A stretch of DNA of 32,000 bases from Maricaulis sp. D1M11 (GCF_047308265.1 NZ_JBKQWY010000007.1:269896-301895), one strand, 5' to 3'. Shown: positions 17,533 through 25,152, counted from the stretch's first letter. Program-made: numbers and translations. Notes: a model not told the origin generated them from the sequence alone.

Positions 17533-17596
17533 GACGGGCAGACAGGCAGACAGGCAGACGGGCAGACAGGCAGACAGGCGGGCAGGCGGGCAGGCC
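17533..17596. repeat. Octanucleotide tandem repeat (GACRGGCA)n, about 8 units
   Basis: Units read directly from the sequence: gacgggca gacaggca gacaggca gacgggca gacaggca gacaggcg ggcaggcg ggcaggcc. The first six form two copies of a 24-bp super-unit, and the last two are degenerate. Confidence 0.9.
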
Positions 17597-17924
17597 GGTC
17601 CGTCATGGGACGACGCTGCGCAGGCCTGTTCACACGGGTGCACACTTTTGATCAGGGATAATTTATCCGCTGCATCCGCTTATACGCAGCCAAAGCCTTA
17701 ACAGGCCACGTGAAAACCTTATATGGTTCTTGCACCCCACGGGGATTTGTCCGCTCTGGTGTTACATCGGTTGCGACCTGCATCAAAAATGGGCAGGAGC
17801 GACCGGTCTGTCAGAATTCCGGCGCAATTCTCTGGTATTCGGCTGGGGTTTACGAATTAGGTGTAGACCTCAGGGTTCTGCGTTCGCTCACAGAGCGCAG
17901 GCGACCGTATGTGGAGGTCTCGAC

Positions 17925-18236
17925 ATGGATGCGGTGATGAACGACGCCTTGAACGGATTTGCACGCAAGAGCCCGATTGCTGCGGCAATCGTGGTGATTA
18001 TCCGTGCCGTCATCATCTCCATCGGTCTTCTGTTCATGGCGCTGTCCGTCCCGGTTGCGATTCTGACGCCGATTATCCCGGTGGGGATCCCGCTGGGTTT
18101 GCTCGGCCTGTTCATGGTTGCCGCTGCATCGAAAACCGCGCACCGCATCATTACCAATCGGCTGCGTCGTTTTCCGTGGATCTGGAAACACGTACGCAAA
18201 TCCTTTGGCGAGAAAGACGGTGAGCCGGCTGAATAG
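17925..18236 (+). CDS. Small two-TM membrane protein (hypothetical)
   Basis: 103 aa from ATG 17925, with GGAGG 7 nt upstream. Two hydrophobic helices ('IAAAIVVIIRAVIISIGLLFMAL', 'PVGIPLGLLGLFMVAAA') precede a basic tail 'RLRRFPWIWKHVRK', loosely reminiscent of PGPGW/YbaN-type small membrane proteins. The in-frame extension from 17730 (TTG) is Cys/Trp/Arg-rich and unlikely to be translated. Confidence 0.5.
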   Translation: MDAVMNDALNGFARKSPIAAAIVVIIRAVIISIGLLFMALSVPVAILTPIIPVGIPLGLLGLFMVAAASKTAHRIITNRLRRFPWIWKHVRKSFGEKDGEPAE

Positions 18237-18544
18237 CCGCGTTCAGGTCGATCGCCTCTTCGTTATCCCCTATCGCTCCTGACATCACGGCGTCCGGTCA
18301 TCTTGGCCTGTCCCAAAGCTCCAGTCTCGTGTGTGCCGTTAGAGCGTGTGAAGCGTTCTGGGGTGCCTGGGAGAGCATCTGTGCGTATTGCGGCGTCTCT
18401 TCCAGGAGCGCGTCCGTAATGCCGTGAGCAAACCGTGCCGGGGCAGGTGAGGGGCAAGGCCTGTCTTATTCTGGAGACGGGCTGGACAGTCCTACAATCA
18501 CGGTCCGGGGATGCGTTAGATATCGTTGGACGCCGCTTACATAC

Positions 18545-18573
18545 AAAAAAGCCCGAAGCGATACGCTCCGGGC
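18545..18573 (-). terminator. Rho-independent terminator of the atp F0 operon
   Basis: On the minus strand: gcccggagcg-tat-cgcttcgggc followed by tttttt. It lies 25 nt downstream of the atpF stop. Confidence 0.8.
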
Positions 18574-18597
18574 CCGTTTGTTCGGATCATGACCGGC

Positions 18598-19134
18598 CTA
18601 GTTCAGGCGCTCACCCATATCCTTGATATCGGCATCGACGATCTTGTTGAGATCGGTCTTTTTGAGGCTGGTCCGGAGGATCTCCTCAGCCGCAGCCGTC
18701 GCCAGATCTGCGGCGGCCGCTTTCACCTCGGCTGCTGCCTGGGCTTCGGCCTGTGCGATACGCTGTTCCGCCAGGGCTGTGCGACGTTCCAGACGTTCGG
18801 ACAATTCCTTGCGGGTTTCCTCGGCCATCAGCTGGGCTTCACGCTTGGCCTGGGCCACGATGGCCTCGGCTTCGGCTTCAGCCTCTTTTTGCCGGCGCTG
18901 GTAGGAGGCCAGCATTTCCGCGGCTTCCTCGCGCAAACGCTTGGCATCGTTCAGCTCCTGGCTGATGCCTTCAGCGCGATCATCCAGCGATTTGGCGATG
19001 GTTTTGAAAACACCGGCCATCATCAGGATGATGAAGAAAATAACGAGGCCGAGTGTCGCGTAAAAGGAGGTATCGGTCAGCAGATAGCTGATCAGACCTG
19101 CGGACTCGGTCGCTGTTTCGTCAGCCAGACGCAT
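18598..19134 (-). CDS. atpF: F0F1 ATP synthase subunit b
   Basis: One N-terminal TM ('FYATLGLVIFFIILMMAGVF') followed by a long Ala/Glu/Arg-rich helix. It is the last gene of the F0 cluster. Confidence 0.88.
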   Translation of the reverse strand: MRLADETATESAGLISYLLTDTSFYATLGLVIFFIILMMAGVFKTIAKSLDDRAEGISQELNDAKRLREEAAEMLASYQRRQKEAEAEAEAIVAQAKREAQLMAEETRKELSERLERRTALAEQRIAQAEAQAAAEVKAAAADLATAAAEEILRTSLKKTDLNKIVDADIKDMGERLN

Positions 19135-19136
19135 GA

Positions 19137-19685
19137 TCAGGCTCCCTTCATCGCTTTATCGACGGCCTTGGCAGCGTCGACATCCGTGATCTCCACGCCT
19201 GCCAGGGTTTCCACAACAACAGTCGTGGCCGTGGTGGCAATGGATTTCACTTCCGCAAAGGCTTTCTCTTTCGCGACGCGAATGGAGGCTTCGGCCGCGT
19301 CGGCTTTTTCGGCCAGTTCGGCCTCAACCTTGGCGGTCTCATCGGCCAGTTCGGCATCGAGAGCAGAGCGGGTTTCAGCAGCGATGGCATGGGCTTTCGC
19401 GCGAGCGTCTGCGAGCGAGGCCTCATAGGCTTCACCAGCAGCTTCGGCTTCAGCCTTGGCCTGTGCGGCAGCGTCCAGATCGTCTGCGATACGGTCACGA
19501 CGTTCCTCGATCGTCGTCGCGATGCGCGGCAGCACAAAGCGGGACAGCAGCACATAGAGTGCCAGGAAAGTCAGCGCCAGCCAGAAGATCTGGGACGGAA
19601 AATAGGCAGGATCGAAAGGCGGAAACACGTCTGAACCGTGACCGGCAGCGTGTTCAATCCCTTCGGAATGGGTGTTCGGCGCCAT
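19137..19685 (-). CDS. atpF2: F0F1 ATP synthase subunit b'
   Basis: 'FPPFDPAYFPSQIFWLALTFLALYVLLSRFVLPRI' is typical of alphaproteobacterial b'. The start at 19685 is preferred because GGAGG sits 8 nt upstream; the ORF is open to 19700. Confidence 0.85.
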   Translation of the reverse strand: MAPNTHSEGIEHAAGHGSDVFPPFDPAYFPSQIFWLALTFLALYVLLSRFVLPRIATTIEERRDRIADDLDAAAQAKAEAEAAGEAYEASLADARAKAHAIAAETRSALDAELADETAKVEAELAEKADAAEASIRVAKEKAFAEVKSIATTATTVVVETLAGVEITDVDAAKAVDKAMKGA

Positions 19686-19797
19686 GGCGGCGACCTCCAT
19701 TCAAAATGAGCGACGGCTTGATATACGCCTCAAGCCGGGTCAGCGCCAGAAAACTCAGCGCCAGCCCGGCTCAAGAAAAGTCAGATGTGTTTGCTGA

Positions 19798-20025
19798 TTA
19801 GACAGCAAACAGCAGCAGCATCGCGATGACGAATGCGAAGATGCCGAGGGCTTCGGTCACGGCGAAGCCGAAGACCAGCGTACCGAAGTTCTGCTGTGCA
19901 GCACCCGGGTTACGCAGGGCGCCCTGCAGGAAAGAGGCGAAGATGTTGCCAACGCCAAAAGCGGCACCCAGAAGGCCCAGGGTTGCCAGGCCAGCACCGA
20001 TGTATTTTGCGGCTTCCGCGTCCAT
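19798..20025 (-). CDS. atpE: F0F1 ATP synthase subunit c
   Basis: 75-aa hairpin proteolipid: '[20 protein letters not shown]...RNPGAA...[22 protein letters not shown]', with the conserved carboxylate E. Confidence 0.93.
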   Translation of the reverse strand: MDAEAAKYIGAGLATLGLLGAAFGVGNIFASFLQGALRNPGAAQQNFGTLVFGFAVTEALGIFAFVIAMLLLFAV

Positions 20026-20075
20026 TGTGGTTGCTCCTTAGAAGTCGTGGATAAGTGGATGGAACGAAACTTGTC

Positions 20076-20849
20076 TTAGTGCCCCGGATGGAGCGCATCG
20101 CTCAGATAAATGCAGGTCAGAATTGCAAACACATAGGCTTGCAAGAAGGCGACCAGGAATTCGAGCCCGGTCAGACCCACGATCATTGCGAATGGGAAAA
20201 TGCTGAGAACACCCGTGGCAAAACCCGCTCCGGTCATCGTCACGATGAAACCGGCGAACACCTTCAAGAGGAGGTGACCCGCGAGCATGTTGCCGAACAG
20301 ACGCAGCGACAGAGAGACCGGACGCGAGAGGAATGAAATGATCTCGATCGGCGTCACGATGATATAGAGCGGTGCGGGCAGTCCGGACGGGAAGAACAGC
20401 TTGAAGAAGCCGATCCCATGTTTGAACAGGCCGTAACCCAGAACGACAAGCATCACCAGACATGCCAGGAAGACCGTTACGATGATCTGACTGGTAATGG
20501 TGAAGGAGTGCCAGCCCGGTGCCGGGAAATACGGGAACATGCCCAGCATGTTGGCAACCAGGATAAAGATGAAGAGGCTGAACACGAACGGGAAGAATTT
20601 CAGACCGTCCGGTCCGGCGGTCGACCGAACCATATCGGCAATAAAGCCATACATGATCTCGGCGACGGATTGAGCCCGGTTCGGAATGATCGAACGGCTG
20701 GATGTGGCCAACAGGAAGAAGGCCAGCGCCACGACCACGGTCAGAACCATGAAATAGGCAGAGTTGGAGAAGGACAGATCATATCCAAAGGCCTCGAAAC
20801 GGCCAATCGGATGAACTTCGAACTGTTTGATCGGGTTGGTGTCTGCCAC
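20076..20849 (-). CDS. atpB: F0F1 ATP synthase subunit a
   Basis: 257 aa, polytopic. 'SLSLRLFGNMLAGH' contains the essential Arg motif. Confidence 0.93.
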   Translation of the reverse strand: MADTNPIKQFEVHPIGRFEAFGYDLSFSNSAYFMVLTVVVALAFFLLATSSRSIIPNRAQSVAEIMYGFIADMVRSTAGPDGLKFFPFVFSLFIFILVANMLGMFPYFPAPGWHSFTITSQIIVTVFLACLVMLVVLGYGLFKHGIGFFKLFFPSGLPAPLYIIVTPIEIISFLSRPVSLSLRLFGNMLAGHLLLKVFAGFIVTMTGAGFATGVLSIFPFAMIVGLTGLEFLVAFLQAYVFAILTCIYLSDALHPGH

Positions 20850-20910
20850 GCCCGGCCTCTCTTCCTGAATGGCAGCAGCAGCTGCCGGTCAATCCACGAA
20901 CCGCTGAAAG

Positions 20911-21171
20911 TCAGCGATCCCTATTCTCATCTTGCGTCGAGGTGGACGTATCGTCCCCTGTCTGCGCGTTCAGTTCCTGCGCCGTTCTCACTACATTGAG
21001 TGTGCCGGCTGCAAAACCCAAAAACATCCCTGCGATGAGGCCTATGGGCGCGCTTGAAAACAGCGCATCCGCTCCAAACCCCAGCACAGTCCCAACCAAT
21101 ACCCCGGCAAAGAAATCAGATCCGTAGCGCAGTCCAACGGACCAGGCAGATCGCGGCGTATCCTCGTTCAT
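20911..21171 (-). CDS. atpI: AtpI/AtpZ family protein (minimal call; probably extends upstream)
   Basis: Two TM helices, 'FFAGVLVGTVLGFGADALF' and 'PIGLIAGMFLGFAAGTLNVV', immediately upstream of atpB. The in-frame upstream sequence (to 21312) encodes an AtpI-like N-terminus but has no ATG/GTG/TTG (see findings). Confidence 0.75.
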   Translation of the reverse strand: MNEDTPRSAWSVGLRYGSDFFAGVLVGTVLGFGADALFSSAPIGLIAGMFLGFAAGTLNVVRTAQELNAQTGDDTSTSTQDENRDR

Positions 21172-21380
21172 CCCTTTTTCCGGCTTGCGCTTCGCATCAA
21201 TGCGCCGCTGCAGGTCGTCAAGGTCGGATTTGGACTTGTCGCTCAGTGTGATGTCTTTGCGTTGTCTAGAACTAGACAGGTTGATCGGTCCGCCTACGGA
21301 AGGACACCCCCCCTAGGCGCGCGCACACTATCCACGCCACCCCGCCAAGTCAAGCAAGGCCGCACCTGCGGTAACGCAAT

Positions 21381-21399
21381 GAAATAAAAGGGTTATTTC
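21381..21399 (-). terminator. AT-rich hairpin immediately after the smc stop (possible weak terminator)
   Basis: gaaataa / ttatttc 7-bp stem with a 5-nt loop, starting 2 nt after the smc stop. It is followed by only a weak U-rich tract, so termination is uncertain. Confidence 0.3.
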
Positions 21400-21400
21400 G

Positions 21401-24400
21401 TCACTCTGCGGCGACAAGCTGTTCAGCGTCGGAAAGGTTGACCGACACAAGCTGGGAAACACCCCGTTCGGCCATGGTGACTCCGTAGAGTCGGTCCATG
21501 CGCGACATCGTCAGGGCGTTGTGCGTAATGACCAGAAAACGGGTCTGCGTCATCTGCTTCATACGCTCCAGCATGCGGCAATAGCGGTCGACATTGGCAT
21601 CGTCCAGGGGTGCGTCCACCTCGTCCAGAACACACACGGGCGCCGGGTTTGCCAGGAAGACCGCGAAAATAAGGGCTGAGGCCGTGAGCGCCTGTTCGCC
21701 GCCGGACATCAAGGTCATCTTGTCCATCTTCTTGCCGGGAGGGCAGGCGAAGATCTCCAGCCCGGCTTCCAACGGGTCGTCATTCTCCGTCAGCCGCAAT
21801 TCCGCCTGTCCACCTTCGAACAGGGTGGAGAACAGGGTGCGGAAATGACCGTCCACGACATCAAAGGCGGCGAGAAGCCGCGTCCGGCCTTCCCGTGACA
21901 GGGTCTCGACCGCCTTGCGCAGCTTGTCGATGGCAGCGATTAGGTCATCGCGTTCCTTGATCATCTCATCACGTTTGGAGGCCAGTTCCTCGGCTTCCTC
22001 ATCTGCGCGCAGATTGACGGCGCCCAGGCGTTCACGGGAACGGCGGGCTTCGTCCAGGCGACGCTCCAGCTCGGCCAGAGACAGCGAATCAAGATCCGCA
22101 TCCTTGATAATGTGGGCCAGGGCGCCCGGCGCTTCTCCCGTGGCATCCTGAAGCCGGGCGGTGGTGTCTGCCAGTCGGTCGCGTGCACCGGACAAACGCG
22201 CCTCGGCGGCAGCGCGACCTTCCCGAGCGGCCGATGCGGCGGTTTCAGCCTGACGGGCGGCCGTGTCGGCGGCTTTGACCTGGTCTTCAGTCGAGCGGGC
22301 GGCATCGCGGGCTTCCTGGGCCTTGGCCTCGGCCAGTTTGAGGGTCTGTGCGATCTCGTCGAGGGCGGTTTCAAGCTGGTCGGGTTTGCTACGGGCATCC
22401 GCGAGGCGCGCCAGGGTCTTGTCGCGCTGGACGTCCATATCCGCGATGCGTGATTCGGCCGCTTTGAGACGCATGGACCATTCAGAATGCTCTCCTTGAA
22501 GCTGTTTGCGTCTTTGCTGGCGGATCTGGACCTCCCGGCGCACAGCCTCCAGTGCCGCGCGCGCATCGGCTGCGGACAGCCGGGCTGTCTCCGCCTCGGC
22601 GCGCGCCTTGTTCAGTGCTTCGACCTTGGTGTCAGCGGGGGGCAGGGCAGCCTGTTCGGCTTCTGCCGTCTCGATCTCCCGGTCCAGGCTGGCGGCTTCA
22701 TCGACCAGGCGTTCGACACCTTCAGACAGGGCGACCAGACGCGCCTGGTGTTGGGCGGTCTGGGTTTTCAGATTGGCTTCAGCCTGAACCGCCTGACGCA
22801 GGGCCTGTTCCGCAGGGGCCACAGCTTGGCGCGCCTGGCTCTCCAGGGACCGGGCCTCGGACTGCTCGGCCAGGGCGTTTTCGGCCACGGTTCGAGCCTG
22901 ATCACAACCGGGCCGCAGCGCCTCGACATCATTGACCAGGGCTTCGCGCCGATTGCGTTGTTCCAGCACGGCAACCGATGCGGAAGGCGCGCCCGCTTTG
23001 ACGGTCAGGCCGTCCCAGCGCCACAGATCACCCTCGCGAGTAACGAGACGCTGGCCGGGTTTGAGCTGGCGACGGGCGGTATGGGCCTGTTCGGGCTTGA
23101 TCACGCCAATGGATCGCAACCGGGCTTTCAGGGCGGGCGGTGCGTCCACATGATCCGACAGGGGAACGCAGCCCCCCGGCAATTGTTCGAGACGAATGGA
23201 GGTTTCCTGCCAATAGCGCGGCTCATCCGCATCAAGCGAGGCCTGTAGATCTTCACCCAGTGCGGCTGCGAGGGCGTGTTCATAACCCGGGCGAGCGCGA
23301 ACCTGGTCGATGGCCGGATGTACGGTTTCATCCAGGGTGGCCGAGAGCACCTTGTCGAGTGCACTGATTTCCTGATCGAGCTCGGCCACCGCCCGCATCT
23401 GCTCGTCACGCGCCGCGAGCCGGGTCTGAGCTGTGTCATCGGCCTGCTGCCGGGCCTGTTCGGCACGGTCCAGTGTGGCACGCGCTGTTTCCGAGCGGGT
23501 CTCCGCTATCTCGACCGCCTCACGTGCCGCTGCCAGATCGCTGTCCCGGCCTTGCTCGGTCAAACGGGCCAATTCATCACGGGCGCGCTGGATCTGTCGC
23601 TGCATGTCATCGCGTCGGCGGTGGAGGCTGGCGACGGCCTTGGCCGCGCTCTCCAGTGCCGCCTTGTGCTCGGCCAGCTCGGATGCCCGGGTATCGAGCA
23701 CGGCATCGCGCTGTTTGCGGCGTTCCTCTGCATCACGCGAGGCGGCGTCTGCTGCGGCCTGACTACGCTCCTGGGCAGCATCGTCCTGGCTCAAAATCTC
23801 GAGTTCGCTTGTGGCGCGTTGCCGGGCCTGATCGGCATCGGCGGCGATCTGCTGTTCGCGTTCCGCACTCTTGGCCAACTCATCCAGGCGCATTTCCATG
23901 GCGCGAATGGCCCGCTTGATATCGGCGGCGTCGCGCTCGATCTGGTCGCGTTCCCGCTCGACCCGGCGCAGGGCCGCTTCGGCTTCGGCCTCCGCCTCGC
24001 GCAAGGGATCGCGCAGGGCCGAGGCGATTTCAGCCTGGGTCCGCAGCTCGGCCGCCTGACGAATGGCGTCCTCGGCGGCCTGGCGCTTGTCGGCAAGTTC
24101 GGCCTCGGCCTCTTCAGCCTGGGACGATGCTTCGCGCCAGCGATTGAGCCAAAGCGCCGCTTCCAGTGTTCGGATGGATGACGACAGCTTGCGATAGCGT
24201 GAGGCCTGGCGCGCCTGTCTTTGCAGGGCGCCATGACGGGCATCTGTTTCGTCAATCACCTCCTGGAGGCGATCGAGATTGGCTTCTGCGCCTTTCAGCC
24301 GCAATTCGGCTTCGTGGCGTCGGGCACGCAGACCGGCAACGCCGGCCGCTTCTTCCAGCACCCGACGGCGGTTTTCCGGCTTAGCGGCGATGAGTTCGGA

Positions 24401-24847
24401 GATCTGACCCTGACGTACCAGCGCAGGCGAATTGGCCCCGGTTCCGGCATCCGCAAACAGGAGCTGAACGTCTTTCGCGCGGACTTCCTCGCCATTAATC
24501 TTGTAGGTCGAGCCGATACCACGCCCGATCCGGCGGGAGATGTCCAGCGCGGCCGCCTCGTTGAACTGGGGCGGGGCCAGCTTGTCTTCATTGTCGATGG
24601 TCAACACAACTTCGGCCCGATCGCGCGCCGGGCGTGCATCGGTTCCTGCGAAGATCACGTCTTCCATGCCTGAGCCGCGCAGGGATTTGGCCGAGGTGGC
24701 CCCCATCACCCAGCGCAGGGCTTCAAGAAGATTCGACTTGCCGCACCCGTTTGGACCGATCACGCCGGTCAGTCCGGGATCAATCCTCAACTCCGTCGGG
24801 TCGACGAAGGATTTGAATCCGGCCAGCCGCAGCTGGGTAAACTTCAC
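21401..24847 (-). CDS. smc: Chromosome segregation protein SMC
   Basis: N-terminal 'KFTQLRLAGFKSF...GPNGCGKSNLLEALRWVMG' (Walker A), very long coiled coils and hinge, and C-terminal 'LSGGEQALTASALIFAVFLANPAPVCVLDEVDAPLD'. The GTG at 24847 is preferred because it gives the canonical (M)KFTQL N-terminus with GGAGATGGAG upstream; the track start is TTG 24868. Confidence 0.93.
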   Translation of the reverse strand: MKFTQLRLAGFKSFVDPTELRIDPGLTGVIGPNGCGKSNLLEALRWVMGATSAKSLRGSGMEDVIFAGTDARPARDRAEVVLTIDNEDKLAPPQFNEAAALDISRRIGRGIGSTYKINGEEVRAKDVQLLFADAGTGANSPALVRQGQISELIAAKPENRRRVLEEAAGVAGLRARRHEAELRLKGAEANLDRLQEVIDETDARHGALQRQARQASRYRKLSSSIRTLEAALWLNRWREASSQAEEAEAELADKRQAAEDAIRQAAELRTQAEIASALRDPLREAEAEAEAALRRVERERDQIERDAADIKRAIRAMEMRLDELAKSAEREQQIAADADQARQRATSELEILSQDDAAQERSQAAADAASRDAEERRKQRDAVLDTRASELAEHKAALESAAKAVASLHRRRDDMQRQIQRARDELARLTEQGRDSDLAAAREAVEIAETRSETARATLDRAEQARQQADDTAQTRLAARDEQMRAVAELDQEISALDKVLSATLDETVHPAIDQVRARPGYEHALAAALGEDLQASLDADEPRYWQETSIRLEQLPGGCVPLSDHVDAPPALKARLRSIGVIKPEQAHTARRQLKPGQRLVTREGDLWRWDGLTVKAGAPSASVAVLEQRNRREALVNDVEALRPGCDQARTVAENALAEQSEARSLESQARQAVAPAEQALRQAVQAEANLKTQTAQHQARLVALSEGVERLVDEAASLDREIETAEAEQAALPPADTKVEALNKARAEAETARLSAADARAALEAVRREVQIRQQRRKQLQGEHSEWSMRLKAAESRIADMDVQRDKTLARLADARSKPDQLETALDEIAQTLKLAEAKAQEARDAARSTEDQVKAADTAARQAETAASAAREGRAAAEARLSGARDRLADTTARLQDATGEAPGALAHIIKDADLDSLSLAELERRLDEARRSRERLGAVNLRADEEAEELASKRDEMIKERDDLIAAIDKLRKAVETLSREGRTRLLAAFDVVDGHFRTLFSTLFEGGQAELRLTENDDPLEAGLEIFACPPGKKMDKMTLMSGGEQALTASALIFAVFLANPAPVCVLDEVDAPLDDANVDRYCRMLERMKQMTQTRFLVITHNALTMSRMDRLYGVTMAERGVSQLVSVNLSDAEQLVAAE

Positions 24848-25126
24848 TCCATCTCCATTCCACCGCAACAGGACCAGGCGGCCTGAATGCCGCCCTCAGG
24901 CGGGCATCCTAAACCTGTGCACCGTTGTCCGCCCGTCATCATATATCGCCGTTACGTCTAGCCGTTACATCTAGGCGTGAATCGAGCCCGTTTGATGGCG
25001 GGTTTGAGGTTTGGTCCCACCACACATGGTGGGTGTGTGCCTCTGTGTCGCTAGATGTTGTGCCAATTGAAACGGAGAATCAATCCTTCTTCAAACGGAT
25101 GCGGTCGAATCTGCACGGTGCCTGTT

Positions 25127-25152
25127 GAAAAGCCCGCACCAGAGTGCGGGCC
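25127..25152 (-). terminator. Rho-independent terminator after the DsbA-like gene pair
   Basis: On the minus strand: gcccgcac-tctg-gtgcgggc followed by ttttc. It lies 43 nt downstream of the stop at 25195. Confidence 0.7.

Noticed and set aside
16249-17643. 464-aa minus-strand ORF with a repetitive 'LSACLPVCLSACLPV' N-terminus
   Set aside because: The body is antisense to gcvPB. The repetitive N-terminus is simply the translated octanucleotide repeat, and the ORF crosses the gcv terminator.
17656-17668. Interpretation of GGATAAtTTATCC as back-to-back DnaA boxes or an origin element
   Set aside because: Only the TTATCC core matches (about 6-7 of 9 per half-site). There are no additional boxes and no AT-rich unwinding element, and the genomic context (gcv/atp) is not origin-like. 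I kept it only as a generic palindrome.
17730-17924. N-terminal extension (TTG start) of the small membrane protein, and the GTG ORF at 17710-17937
   Set aside because: The composition is Cys/Trp/Arg-rich and unlike real proteins, and neither has an SD. The ATG at 17925 has a well-spaced GGAGG.
18526-19428. 300-aa plus-strand ORF, plus other long ORFs antisense to atpF/atpF' and smc (e.g. 22487-23248, 23276-24181)
   Set aside because: These are mirror-frame artefacts of Ala/Glu/Arg-rich coiled-coil genes. Their sequences are low-complexity, and no start or SD supports them.
25016-25039. Mutually exclusive hairpins cccacc-acacat-ggtggg versus cacaca-tggtggg-tgtgtg in the smc/dsbA intergenic region
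   Set aside because: The stems are very short (6 bp), and I cannot show any covariation or a linked expression platform. This falls below the evidence threshold for a riboregulator.
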